This document shows, piece by piece, positions 1-9,635 of a stretch of 64,000 nt of DNA. The notes below the pieces were generated by a model that saw nothing but the letters and a program-made list of their open reading frames with translations, searched no databases and was not told the DNA's origin. Origin of the DNA: Myxococcota bacterium (GTDB taxonomy: Bacteria; Myxococcota_A; SURF-8); contig CAXXQS010000002.1 in assembly GCA_963674735.2 (NCBI GenBank), positions 1,280,001 through 1,344,000 on the forward strand, written 5' to 3'. Made by a program: the position numbers and the translations under genes. The stretch's first letter is position 1. Every line of letters starts with the position of its first letter.

Positions 1-698
1 AGGTCCGGCTGGAACCACGTGACCGCCGAAGGCTCGACCGTCAGGTAAAACCCGCCGTAGACCAAAAACGAAATCGGAATGCCGTAATCGAGGCCGAAGG
101 GATCGTCGTCGAGAAAATAGTCGGGCTTGCGTTTGGCGAAGAGTGTTTGGTCGTTGTCGTTGTTGGTGTCGATGTAGATCGGAACGCCCAGATAGGGAGA
201 GAAGTAAAAGCGCCAGGCCTCGATACCCGAAGCCAGGTAGGGACGCATGTAGAACACATCCGCCCCGGCAACGTTTTCGAGCGACTGGTTGATCAGACGA
301 AAATGGATGCCGGTGGTCAGAATCACGGGGCGTACGTTGTAGAAGGTGTAATTGACGCCGGTGCCGAAACTGGCGAAGGTGAAACCGGATTTGTCGCCGG
401 TGATGATGTCCATCTCGATATCGAAATCGAGCGACAGTTCGGGCAGAATGCCCACGGTGGCTCCGGGGCTCAACTCGATGATCTGGACGTCTTGAGTCTG
501 CCCCGAAATAAACAGAGTGCCGACGTTGAAGCGGAAGGATGTGTAGTGGAAAAGGCGCGGGCCCGACAGGGTTTCGGGGTAATCGTTTTTCGAATAGCCC
601 TCGTCATCCTCGGCCATGGCGGGCGTCATTCCCAGACCGAGCAGAAAAAGGATGGCCAATAAGGTTGCTACCGCGTTTCGTCCCAATGTCGTCGCCAT
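1..698 (-). CDS. Secreted, probable outer-membrane beta-barrel protein (partial, runs off window start; not in ORF track)
   Basis: Translated by hand from ATG 698 with RBS GGAGGG: MATTLGRNAVATLLAILFLLGLGMTPAMA-EDDEGY (signal peptide), then alternating aromatic beta strands (FGTGVNYTFY, YMRPYLASG, FYFSPYLGVP); frame open to the window edge. Confidence 0.7.
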   Translation of the reverse strand, partial: MATTLGRNAVATLLAILFLLGLGMTPAMAEDDEGYSKNDYPETLSGPRLFHYTSFRFNVGTLFISGQTQDVQIIELSPGATVGILPELSLDFDIEMDIITGDKSGFTFASFGTGVNYTFYNVRPVILTTGIHFRLINQSLENVAGADVFYMRPYLASGIEAWRFYFSPYLGVPIYIDTNNDNDQTLFAKRKPDYFLDDDPFGLDYGIPISFLVYGGFYLTVEPSAVTWFQPD

Positions 699-765
699 GT
701 CGCCCTCCGCTGATATTTCTTTCGAAAGCTGGATATAAAAACGCTAACAAATATGCCCGGTCCTG

Positions 766-2307
766 TCAATCGCGGTGTTTTTTACTTGGCGAGCGGGGGC
801 CGGGTGTTTGGGGCAGGTGAGTGCTGTCGGCGGAAATTTTGGTGACCTGCGCTTCAATCTCGCCTTTGCCGGGAACAAGGGTGACATGAGCGCCGATTGT
901 CAGGGTGGTGGCGTCTCTGACGATCCGTCCGCTTTCGTCGAAGGCAACGGAATACCCGCGTTCCATCACCTTGAGTGGCGACAAGGCATCCAGGGCGCGC
1001 GCCAGCCGGGCGATATCCTGACGTCCGATTTGTTGGCGCGTGTGCATAGCCAGCCTGAGGCGATGCTCCAGGCCTTGCAAGCGTGTTCGCGCGATCGGCA
1101 GTTGCGGTTTGGGAGAGTGCTGCCAGAGTCGCCGGACAGCGCCGTCGAAAACGTCGATGTGTCGATTCAACTCGATTTTCTCGACATGTTTCAAACGTGT
1201 GGCCAACGTTCGCAGGTGAGCCTTGTGGCGTTCGAAACGACGGCCGGGGTGGCGCTGTTGCAGGCGCGTGGACAGTTCATTGAGGCTTTGCATTTTCCGG
1301 TGGATCCGGGTGGGCAAGGTGGCCGCCAGGCGATGAGTCAAGCCATCGAGTCGTAGCCGCTGATCGATGAGCAGGCGCTGTGGATCGCCCAAGCGGTGGG
1401 TGGCGTCGCGCAGATCGTGGCGCGCCTGCGCCAGACGGCTTTGCATGGCGCGGGTTAAACGGTGCTGGAGGGCCTGCAGATCGTCGATCAGTTCGTCTCG
1501 AACGGGCACCGCCAGTTCACCCGCCTGGGAAGGCGTGCTGGCGCGCAGGTCGGCGGTGAAATCGGCGATGGTGATATCGGTTTCGTGGCCGACCGCCGAA
1601 ATGACCGGAACGGGACAGGCGCGGATGGCCCGAGCCACCCGTTCGTCGTTGAAAGCCCAAAGATCTTCAATACTTCCACCGCCTCTGCCGACGATTACCA
1701 GATCCACGTCCTGCAGGCCACCGGCCCGTTCGAGTGCGGTAACGATCTGGGAGGGGGCCGAATCACCTTGTACCAAAGTCGGCACGATCACAAGGGGCAT
1801 GGCAGGAAAACGGCGGCGGATGACGCGGATCATGTCTTGTACGGCCGCTCCCTCGGGCGAAGTGACCAGGGCGATGCGGGTGGGAAGAAACGGAGGCTGG
1901 CGTTTGAGCTCCGGGTCGAACAAACCCTCCTCGGCCAGCTTGCGTTTCAGTTCTTCGAAGGCGGCCATCAGGCGACCCTGGCCCGCCGGTTCCAAATGGT
2001 CGGCGACGAATTGGTAGGCTCCGCGCGGTTCGTAGACATTCAGTCGTCCGTGCAGGCGCAGCAAGTCCCCTTCTCTGGGCGGGCGACCGAACAGGCGGTT
2101 CTGACCCTTGAACATCACCACCGGCAGTTGCGCCCCGGCATCTTTGACCGTGAAATACCAGTGCCCCGAACGGGCCACGGTGAGGTTGGATATTTCGCCT
2201 TCCACCCAAACTCCGGCGAACCCGGTCTCAAGTAACTGCTTGATCTCACGAGTTAACTGGGTAACACTGTAGATGTTTCGCTGGATGCTGAAGCCGTTAC
2301 CCGACAC
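766..2307 (-). CDS. xseA: Exodeoxyribonuclease VII large subunit
   Basis: VWVEGEISN..SGHWYFTVKD, YEPRGAYQ, GRGGGSIEDLWAFNDE, SAVGHETD, ALSPLKVMERGYS motifs. Confidence 0.97.
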   Translation of the reverse strand: MSGNGFSIQRNIYSVTQLTREIKQLLETGFAGVWVEGEISNLTVARSGHWYFTVKDAGAQLPVVMFKGQNRLFGRPPREGDLLRLHGRLNVYEPRGAYQFVADHLEPAGQGRLMAAFEELKRKLAEEGLFDPELKRQPPFLPTRIALVTSPEGAAVQDMIRVIRRRFPAMPLVIVPTLVQGDSAPSQIVTALERAGGLQDVDLVIVGRGGGSIEDLWAFNDERVARAIRACPVPVISAVGHETDITIADFTADLRASTPSQAGELAVPVRDELIDDLQALQHRLTRAMQSRLAQARHDLRDATHRLGDPQRLLIDQRLRLDGLTHRLAATLPTRIHRKMQSLNELSTRLQQRHPGRRFERHKAHLRTLATRLKHVEKIELNRHIDVFDGAVRRLWQHSPKPQLPIARTRLQGLEHRLRLAMHTRQQIGRQDIARLARALDALSPLKVMERGYSVAFDESGRIVRDATTLTIGAHVTLVPGKGEIEAQVTKISADSTHLPQTPGPRSPSKKHRD

Positions 2308-2327
2308 CGCAGACCTCGTTTCGATTG

Positions 2328-3152
2328 TTACAGCGGACGCCGCGCCGTGAAAACGCGCTTGACGGAACGATAGACCTCCGGATTGGAGACAGCCATGATC
2401 CAGGGCATGCGGTGTCGGTCCAAATAGTCTTTCAATTCAAGTGGTTCACCGGATTCGAAAGTTAGCAGATGACCGCCTGCGCGCGTGAGAATGAGGCTGG
2501 AGGCGGCGATATCCCAGATCTTGGGATTCATGATCGCCCCCACACCGGCACCGCGTGATACGACACACATGTGGGCCGCGACGGACCCCAACGAGCGATG
2601 CTTGCCCATGAAGTCGCTGGTCCATAAACGATTGAAATCACTTGGAACCAGGAAGAGGGTGCGGTTGTCGAACGCCGGATCCGGATTGACATGCAAGGGG
2701 ATCTGGCGTTCTTCCGGTGAATCGGGGTACAGTGTCAGCAGAGATTCGGACTGCATGCTAGCGGTATACAGCTCATCGGTTGCAGGCTGATAAAAAGCCC
2801 CCACCAAAGGTTGGCCGCGATAGAAAAGCGCCAGCGAGACGCCCCAGGCGGGAAGCCGCGACGCGAAGGCGTCGGTGCCGTCGATCGGGTCGGTGATCCA
2901 GATCCATTCCTCATCGCCCCGAACCGGGTCGGCCGGACCCGCTTCTTCACCCAGAAAAGCGTGATCGGGAAATTTTTGCTGTACCGCGTCATAAAGCAGG
3001 GTCTGAACGTCGAAGTCGGCATTGGTGACCAATGAGCGGTTGGATTTGATCTGGAGTTCCAGTGAATCGACCATGCGACGGGCCCGTCGCCCGGCGCGCA
3101 AGACCAGATCCCTTGCAAAAGCAAGGTAGTAGCTGTCCGAAGGAATATTCAT
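2328..3152 (-). CDS. Inositol monophosphatase family protein
   Basis: LVTNAD, FLGEE, WITDPIDGT, WDIAA motifs; start chosen at ATG 3152 after AAGGAG. Confidence 0.9.
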   Translation of the reverse strand: MNIPSDSYYLAFARDLVLRAGRRARRMVDSLELQIKSNRSLVTNADFDVQTLLYDAVQQKFPDHAFLGEEAGPADPVRGDEEWIWITDPIDGTDAFASRLPAWGVSLALFYRGQPLVGAFYQPATDELYTASMQSESLLTLYPDSPEERQIPLHVNPDPAFDNRTLFLVPSDFNRLWTSDFMGKHRSLGSVAAHMCVVSRGAGVGAIMNPKIWDIAASSLILTRAGGHLLTFESGEPLELKDYLDRHRMPWIMAVSNPEVYRSVKRVFTARRPL

Positions 3153-3305
3153 GCCGTTCTCCTTGTTCACTTCCAAAGGTGGCCGGACTCATGCTAACAG
3201 AGCCGGAAAGACGTGACAAGGAAAAAGGATACGCAGAAAATGCGCAAAATATAGGCAACTGTATCGGTGAAAGCAACAAAATGTGTGCTTTGCGTCAGAA
3301 AATGC

Positions 3306-3334
3306 TTGACGGATGTTTGTCCAAGTGTTACATT
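3306..3334 (+). promoter_or_regulatory. Sigma70-type promoter of cdnL/carD
   Basis: TTGACG-17bp-TACATT with extended -10 TG. Confidence 0.6.
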
Positions 3335-3369
3335 ACTGGCTCCTTTGTGTCCTGGGGAGGTTCTACAGC

Positions 3370-3858
3370 ATGTTAGATTTCAAAGTTGGCGATAAAGCCG
3401 TTTATCCGGCGCACGGTGTGGGTGAAGTAACCGGGATCGAACAGAAGGAAGTCGCCGGTCAAAAGCTGGACTTCTATGTTCTGAAGATCATGGGGAATGA
3501 TATCACGATTCTGGTTCCGCAGGCCAATGCCGAAAAGGTCGGGCTGCGGACGGTGATTACGCCTCGCAAAGTCAGCAAGGTGATGTCCATCTTGCGCGAG
3601 CGAGATGTCGAAATCGACCGCCAGACCTGGAATCGTCGTTATCGGGAGTATATGGAGAAGATCAAGACCGGCTCGGTGTTCGAAGTGGCCGAAGTCATGC
3701 GCGATCTTTATATCCTTAGCGATGACAAAGAGTTGAGCTTCGGCGAACGCAAAATGCTCGACATGGCTCGTGATCTTCTGGTCAAGGAATTGTCGGTAGC
3801 CCGACGTAAAAAAGAAGACGATATCGAGAAAGAACTCGACAAAATCTTCAATTGTTAA
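3370..3858 (+). CDS. cdnL: CarD/CdnL family RNA polymerase-binding regulator
   Basis: FKVGDKAVYPAHGVGEV, QTWNRRYREYMEKIKTGSVFEVAEV, LSFGERKML; RBS GGGGAGG; lies upstream of ispDF-cysS. Confidence 0.93.
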   Translation: MLDFKVGDKAVYPAHGVGEVTGIEQKEVAGQKLDFYVLKIMGNDITILVPQANAEKVGLRTVITPRKVSKVMSILRERDVEIDRQTWNRRYREYMEKIKTGSVFEVAEVMRDLYILSDDKELSFGERKMLDMARDLLVKELSVARRKKEDDIEKELDKIFNC

Positions 3859-3874
3859 GAACTGGTCTTTTCCA

Positions 3875-3913
3875 CTCCGAGGCGTATACTATTCCCGCCT
3901 GCCTCGGGGTTTT
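3875..3913 (+). terminator. Putative intrinsic terminator after cdnL
   Basis: CTCCGAGGC...GCCTCGGGG stem followed by TTTT; the loop is long. Confidence 0.4.
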
Positions 3914-4111
3914 CAGCATGCGACAGTTTGCAGGTTGACAACACCGATGGCTGATTCGGCGTTTGGCTTCGCTTGGAGTTTGCGTGTGGAGCGGTTTGTG
4001 GTAGGATCGCCTTGGTCGAGTGACTGTCCGATAAGCCGGTAAGGTGAGTCAGACGCCGGAGGGGTGTCGGTTGTCGGTGGAAGACGGACGACGAGGTGTG
4101 GGGATAGGAAT

Positions 4112-5323
4112 ATGGCTGAACAACCCAAGGATCTCTTGACGGCGCCTTTGCATGTCATCATCGTGGCAGGTGGAAACGGCAAGCGGGTCGGCGGTCCGGT
4201 TCCCAAGCAGTTTCTGACTTTGCAAGGCAAGCCTCTAATCGAATGGAGCGCTTCCACCTTCAATAGCCTCGATGAAGTGGCTGGAATCGTGGTGGTCGTA
4301 CCCGAAGATTACCGCCAGGAAAGCGAATCGCTTTTACGGGCCGGTGGCGTGGACGACAAACTGATCGGAGTGGTCAGCGGCGGAAGCAGTCGGCAGGAGA
4401 GCGTGGCCAAAGGATTGCGGGCCTTGCCGCCCAACACCGCTTGGGTTGCGGTGCACGATGCCGCCCGGCCCTTTGTCACCACCCAGCTGATTCGTGCCAC
4501 TCTCACTTTAGCCGAACATGCCGGGGCCGCCATTCCCACCGTTGCCATCCATGACACGCTGGTGCAGGTGGATGCCAGCAACCTGATCGTGCGGCCGATT
4601 TCGCGCGAGTTGGTCAAACGCTCGCAAACACCGCAGATTTTCAAGGCGGAAATTCTGGCCGATGCCCATCGCCAGGCCGCCAATGAAGGGCTGTTGTTTC
4701 AGGACGATGCCACCCTGATCGCACATTATGGGTATCAGGTGGCCACCTTTGCGCATCACGGTGAAAATCGGAAGATCACCACGTCTCAAGACTTGGAGAA
4801 GATCACCATGCAGAAATCCGCCAAACTCTCAAGCATTCGTTGCGGTCAGGGCTTCGATGTGCATCCCTTCGCCGATGGTCGACCCTTGCTTCTGGGCGGT
4901 GTGCGCTTTGCCAACCAACGCGGGTTGGCGGGTCATTCCGATGCCGATGTCATTTGCCATGCCGTATGTGACGCGGTTCTGGGCGGTGCGGCGTTGGGTG
5001 ATATCGGGCAGCATTTCGGCCCTAATGATCCCGCTTACGAAAAGGTATCGAGCTTGACCTTGCTCGAAGAGGTGGCTCATATGGTGCGAAAGCGCGGCTT
5101 CGAGATCACCTATATCGACGCCACCCTGATCGGTGAGCAGCCGCGCATTGCGGGTCACCGGGAAGAAATGCGCGAGAACATCGCCCGTCATTTATCGATC
5201 GATCCCGAGTGTGTGTCGGTCAAGGCCACCACGACCGAAGGTCTGGGATTTCTCGGTCATGGAGAGGGGTTGGCGGCTAATGCGGTGGCGACCTTGCTGC
5301 TGACCGGCGAGGAGGCTCGATGA
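4112..5323 (+). CDS. ispDF: Bifunctional IspD/IspF (MEP pathway)
   Basis: AGGNGKR..PKQF, VHDAARP, QTPQ (IspD) fused to GQGFDVH, GHSDADV, DIGQHF, VKATTTEGLG (IspF). Confidence 0.95.
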   Translation: MAEQPKDLLTAPLHVIIVAGGNGKRVGGPVPKQFLTLQGKPLIEWSASTFNSLDEVAGIVVVVPEDYRQESESLLRAGGVDDKLIGVVSGGSSRQESVAKGLRALPPNTAWVAVHDAARPFVTTQLIRATLTLAEHAGAAIPTVAIHDTLVQVDASNLIVRPISRELVKRSQTPQIFKAEILADAHRQAANEGLLFQDDATLIAHYGYQVATFAHHGENRKITTSQDLEKITMQKSAKLSSIRCGQGFDVHPFADGRPLLLGGVRFANQRGLAGHSDADVICHAVCDAVLGGAALGDIGQHFGPNDPAYEKVSSLTLLEEVAHMVRKRGFEITYIDATLIGEQPRIAGHREEMRENIARHLSIDPECVSVKATTTEGLGFLGHGEGLAANAVATLLLTGEEAR

Positions 5324-6012
5324 ATCACGAAACCCGGCCCGAAAGCGCCCTAGAGGAAGAGGCCACCTTTTTCGAAAATAACGAGTCGTCCGTGCATGAT
5401 GCGGTCGATGACGCAGCCGATGACGCGGCTTTCAACGACGATTGGGGCGATCCGCCCGCAACGTCTCGGAAGCGTCCGCTGTGGATGGCCCTTCTGGCGA
5501 TGCTGGTGTGTCTCTATCTGCTTTTCAGTTTGCGCCACGATCTTGTTTACGCCTTTACCACGGGAGAACCGGTGGATCTGGGCGACGCGGTCGGCTTTGC
5601 GTCCACCGACCTGCCCGACGGCACCCTGGTGGCGATTTCCGGCATTCGCAATCCCACGCGCGGCATTCATCTCAATGCGGCCATCAACGACCGCAATGTG
5701 TTTCAGATGATGGGGGCTCCGAAGGTTTTCATCGAAACCGTGGCCGATGCGGATAAGGGGCAGGATCGTCTGACCAGCGAACGCTTTGTCGGACGGTTGA
5801 GGAACTTTGCCGATGTACCCTATTACAACGTCGTGCGCGAATTTGCCGCTTTCAACTACGGCATCGATATCCAGGAGGGGGCGATTCTGGTGCAGGCATC
5901 GGAAAAACCCGAGGATTTCTGGTATATCCCCATTCTTGCGGGACTTTTAGCGCTGATTGCATTGGTCAACGCCTATCTGGTGACACGGCGGCTCTGGCCC
6001 GCCCGTTCTTAG
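5320..6012 (+). CDS. Hypothetical membrane protein (acidic N-terminus, two TM helices)
   Basis: ATGA overlap with ispDF; hydrophobic segments LWMALLAMLVCLYLLFSL and WYIPILAGLLALIALVNAYLV. Confidence 0.75.
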   Translation: MNHETRPESALEEEATFFENNESSVHDAVDDAADDAAFNDDWGDPPATSRKRPLWMALLAMLVCLYLLFSLRHDLVYAFTTGEPVDLGDAVGFASTDLPDGTLVAISGIRNPTRGIHLNAAINDRNVFQMMGAPKVFIETVADADKGQDRLTSERFVGRLRNFADVPYYNVVREFAAFNYGIDIQEGAILVQASEKPEDFWYIPILAGLLALIALVNAYLVTRRLWPARS

Positions 6013-6064
6013 TCTTCCGGGGCTTCCGGCGACTCTAAGATTTTCGGAAAGGACGAACGGAATT

Positions 6065-7540
6065 ATGGCCTTGCGCGTTTACAACACGCTGACGAAGAAA
6101 AAAGAAGACTTCATCCCGATCGATCCGCCCAAAGTGGGTATGTACGTCTGCGGCGTTACCGTTTACGACCTCAGCCACATCGGGCATGCACGTTCCACCA
6201 TCGCGTTCGATGTCATTCAACGCTACTTGCGTTATCGGGAATTCGATGTCACCTACGTGCGCAATTTCACGGATATCGACGACAAAATCATCCGGCGCGC
6301 CAACGAACTGGGCTGTGCTATCGACGTTCTAACCGGTGATAATATCCGGGCTTTCACGCATGACATGCAGGCGCTCGGACTCCAGACCCCCGACTTGGAA
6401 CCACGTTGCACCGATTACATCGAGGGAATGATCGCCTTCATCGGCAAGCTGGTCGAGGATGGCTATGCTTATCCCACGCCTTCGGGCGATGTGTATTACC
6501 GCGTGCACAATTTCAAAGGCTACGGCAAGTTGTCGGGCAAGAACCTCGACGACCTGGAAGCCGGAGCGCGGGTGGAAGTGAGCGAGGAAAAGGAATCGCC
6601 GGGCGACTTCGCCTTGTGGAAAGCTTCCAAGCCGGGCGAACCCGAATGGCCGAGCCCTTGGGGTGCGGGGCGGCCGGGCTGGCATATCGAATGCTCGGTG
6701 ATGTCCACCCATAACCTGGGAACCATGCTCGATATCCACGGCGGCGGCAAAGATCTGATGTTCCCGCATCATGAAAACGAAATCGCCCAGTCGGAAGCCC
6801 ACAACGGCCAGCCTTACGCTAAATACTGGCTGCATAACGGTTTTGTCAACGTGCCTTCCAACGACAACCCGGATGGCGACAAAATGTCGAAATCGTTGGG
6901 CAATTTCTATACGATTCGCGACGTGCTGGCGGCTTATCATCCCCAGACGGTGAAATTCTTCATGTTGTCCACCCATTACCGCAACGATGTGATGTTCACG
7001 GAAGAAGGGCTGACGAAGGCCCAGGGGCGCGTGAGTTATTTCTACGATACGATTGCCAACGCCCAGGCTTGGTTGGCGGCGCATCCGGCCGAAAGTGGCC
7101 AATTGCTGGAAGCCGAAAAAACCGAAGCGGTGCTGCCGAGTTTCGAAGCGGCCATGGACGACGATTTCAACACGCAACGTGTGTTTGGACAGCTTTCGGG
7201 TGTTTTCAAGATCATGAACGACCTGATGGCCGGAGGCGGACAAACCGAGGCGGATACGGCTGCGACCCTCGAACGTCTTTTAAACGACTTGAAGGTGATT
7301 GCGGGTGTGCTGGGTGTCTTCGATCTCGATCCGATGATTTTCGCCAGCGAGTTGCGGGCGTTGCGCTTGGCTCAGATCGGCATGGCCGAAGCGGATGTGG
7401 AGGCGCTGATCGCGGCGCGTCAGGCCGCGCGCGAGGCGAAAGACTGGGCACGGGCCGATGAGGTGCGTGACGAATTGATGGCCAAGGGTATTCTCGTCAA
7501 AGACGCCAAGGGCGTAACCACCTGGACCGTCAAAAATTGA
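6065..7540 (+). CDS. cysS: Cysteinyl-tRNA synthetase
   Basis: MYVCGVTVYD, HIGH, PGWHIECS, FPHHENE, KMSKSLGN. Confidence 0.99.
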   Translation: MALRVYNTLTKKKEDFIPIDPPKVGMYVCGVTVYDLSHIGHARSTIAFDVIQRYLRYREFDVTYVRNFTDIDDKIIRRANELGCAIDVLTGDNIRAFTHDMQALGLQTPDLEPRCTDYIEGMIAFIGKLVEDGYAYPTPSGDVYYRVHNFKGYGKLSGKNLDDLEAGARVEVSEEKESPGDFALWKASKPGEPEWPSPWGAGRPGWHIECSVMSTHNLGTMLDIHGGGKDLMFPHHENEIAQSEAHNGQPYAKYWLHNGFVNVPSNDNPDGDKMSKSLGNFYTIRDVLAAYHPQTVKFFMLSTHYRNDVMFTEEGLTKAQGRVSYFYDTIANAQAWLAAHPAESGQLLEAEKTEAVLPSFEAAMDDDFNTQRVFGQLSGVFKIMNDLMAGGGQTEADTAATLERLLNDLKVIAGVLGVFDLDPMIFASELRALRLAQIGMAEADVEALIAARQAAREAKDWARADEVRDELMAKGILVKDAKGVTTWTVKN

Positions 7541-7569
7541 GTTGTAACAAATAGTTGTATGAATCGACG

Positions 7570-7599
7570 AACGTCGGGCCTGCGGGTCCGGCGTTTTTT
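7570..7599 (+). terminator. Intrinsic terminator after cysS
   Basis: AACGTCGGGCC-TGCG-GGTCCGGCGTT stem-loop followed by T run. Confidence 0.7.
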
Positions 7600-7642
7600 C
7601 ATGCTTGTTTTCATCTGGGGTGGTGTGGATTGGCCGACTCGC

Positions 7643-8536
7643 TCAGCCCTGACGAAAAGCCCGCCACACAATCCGTGCTTCCGCACCCAAATGCATCAGC
7701 TGCGATAGCGCCGATTCGCTCAGGGAGTCGCGCGTCAGGATCGTGTGCAGTGCCAGTCTCCACGCGCGTGAGGCGATGCGCCCCTTTAACGATCGACCGC
7801 GCAAAACAAACCCACCCATACTCGGTGCCATCAAGCTGTGTAACAGCCTGCGTTGGTTTGCGGTGACCTTTGCGATCGAGACCGGTAGCGGACACCCGGC
7901 GGCTTCAAGCAGGCAAGCGGTGGCGAACTGCGCCTGGGCCAGGTTTGCCCAGCGCTCGACCCGCTCCCAATCGGGCGGCATGCGTTCGATCAGGCGGCGG
8001 ACGTCGTCGAGTTGGAACGGTTCGACAACGAGCCCGTGATCGCGAAAATGCAGGGCCAGGGCGATCAGCGTCGCTTCCGTAGTTGGTTCGATGATACCCG
8101 GAAAGGCGAAGGGTGCTTTCGCGGCTGGGGCGTTGTCGAATAGACGACGGCTAAAGCGTGCCGCGCCCAATCCCGTGGCCACGGCGCGGTGCAGTTCCAC
8201 CTTGAGTCTGCCCTCGCGCACGAAGACCCGCTCGATGACGGCCCCGAAACCGATGCGGTTGGACAGACGTTGGTCGGGGGCATACCCCAATGTTTCCATG
8301 TGCTTGCAGGCGCTATCGAAATGGTCGGGATGAATCAGCAGATCCACGTCGGCCATGGGACGCTCGGCCGGGTCGTCGTAGAGCCGTTTTCGGAACAGGA
8401 CGCCCTTGAGCGGTGCTGCGCGTAAACCGAGAGTTGAAAAAGAGTGAAGAATCTCGATAGCTTGCGCTTCGCCCAATTCACCGCGTACAAATGTTTCGGC
8501 GGCGTGCGATAGAGGTTTGGAGGATTCGTCGGTCAT
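7643..8536 (-). CDS. Nucleotidyltransferase family protein (NTP_transf_5-like)
   Basis: PLKG..LY..RPMADVDLLIHP, VELH motifs; start ATG 8536 just after the wecB stop. Confidence 0.8.
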   Translation of the reverse strand: MTDESSKPLSHAAETFVRGELGEAQAIEILHSFSTLGLRAAPLKGVLFRKRLYDDPAERPMADVDLLIHPDHFDSACKHMETLGYAPDQRLSNRIGFGAVIERVFVREGRLKVELHRAVATGLGAARFSRRLFDNAPAAKAPFAFPGIIEPTTEATLIALALHFRDHGLVVEPFQLDDVRRLIERMPPDWERVERWANLAQAQFATACLLEAAGCPLPVSIAKVTANQRRLLHSLMAPSMGGFVLRGRSLKGRIASRAWRLALHTILTRDSLSESALSQLMHLGAEARIVWRAFRQG

Positions 8537-8546
8537 GGGCTGCCGT

Positions 8547-9635
8547 TTACAGACGTTCAGTGAGGATATCGAGGATGCGCTCGGCGGTCCGGCCGTCCCA
8601 CAATTCGGGAATGCGCCCGGTTTTGCCGTGGCCTGCCAAAATCGCTTCGGCCTCACGCCAAATCGCGGTGGGGTCGGTGCCGGTGAGGGTGTTGGTGCCT
8701 TCCGTGATCGTGACGGGGCGGTCGGTGTTTTCACGCAGGGTGAGACAAGGGATACCGAAAACGGTCGTTTCCTCTTGCAGTCCGCCGGAATCGGTCATGA
8801 CGAAACGTGCTTGAGCGGTCAGGGCCATGAAATCGAGATAGCCGAGGGGTTCGGTTAAAATCAGGCCCGGCGTGTTTTGCAGCGTGGTCCACAAACCGGC
8901 TTTCTCGGCTTGTGCGCGGGTGCGCGGATGTACCGGAAAAACCAGCGGGACGGCTGCCGCCGTTTGCGCGAACAGCTCGACGAAGCCTTTCAGAAGCGCC
9001 GGGTCGTCGACGTTCGAAGGGCGGTGCAAGGTGGCCAGCGCATATTGCCCGGGTTCGAGCGACAAGCGCACGAGGAGGGTCGAGGCAAGCGCCCGCTCGC
9101 GTTGGGCCATCAGCGTGTCGATCATGATGTTGCCCACGCAGAAGATCTTTTCATCCGCGACGCCTTCGGCGCGTAGATTGGCGTCGGCGTCGGGCGAGGG
9201 TGAAAAGCAGAAATCCGCCAGATGGTCGGTGAGCACGCGGTTGATTTCCTCCGGCATGGCGCGGTCGAAGCTGCGTAACCCGGCTTCGATATGCGCCACC
9301 GGAATGTGGCGCTTGGCGGCGGCGAGCGCACAGGCGAGGGTCGAGTTGACGTCGCCCACCACCAACAAGATATCCGGAGTGAGGCGGTCGAGAACGGCAT
9401 CGAAGCGGATGAGAATCTCGCCCGTCTGCACGGCGTGCGAAGCCGACCCCACTTCGAGGTCGATATCGGGCTTGGGAATGCCCAGCTCGTCGAAAAAGAC
9501 TCGGCTCATGCGTGCGTCGTAATGCTGGCCGGTATGAACGAGGGTTTGGGAGAGTCTGCGCCGAGCCATGGCGTGTACGAGCGGGGCGATTTTCATGAAG
9601 TTGGGGCGCGCGCCCACGACGTTCAGGGCGTTCAT
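8547..9635 (-). CDS. wecB: UDP-GlcNAc 2-epimerase (non-hydrolysing)
   Basis: VGARPNFMK, HTGQHYD, HIEAGLRS, MPEEINR, TDSGGLQEE; RBS GGAGG. Confidence 0.95.
   Translation of the reverse strand: MNALNVVGARPNFMKIAPLVHAMARRRLSQTLVHTGQHYDARMSRVFFDELGIPKPDIDLEVGSASHAVQTGEILIRFDAVLDRLTPDILLVVGDVNSTLACALAAAKRHIPVAHIEAGLRSFDRAMPEEINRVLTDHLADFCFSPSPDADANLRAEGVADEKIFCVGNIMIDTLMAQRERALASTLLVRLSLEPGQYALATLHRPSNVDDPALLKGFVELFAQTAAAVPLVFPVHPRTRAQAEKAGLWTTLQNTPGLILTEPLGYLDFMALTAQARFVMTDSGGLQEETTVFGIPCLTLRENTDRPVTITEGTNTLTGTDPTAIWREAEAILAGHGKTGRIPELWDGRTAERILDILTERL

Noticed and set aside
4112-5323. ispD-ispF fusion and dprA-topA-trmFO order as novelties
   Set aside because: Both are well-known, widespread arrangements
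7643-8734. 363-aa version of the nucleotidyltransferase ORF, and other extended starts in the ORF track (3313, 4064, 26528, 37972, 45690, 47412, 49497, 59626)
   Set aside because: The extensions overlap neighbouring genes or promoters or lack an RBS; downstream starts with an RBS or stop/start coupling were chosen
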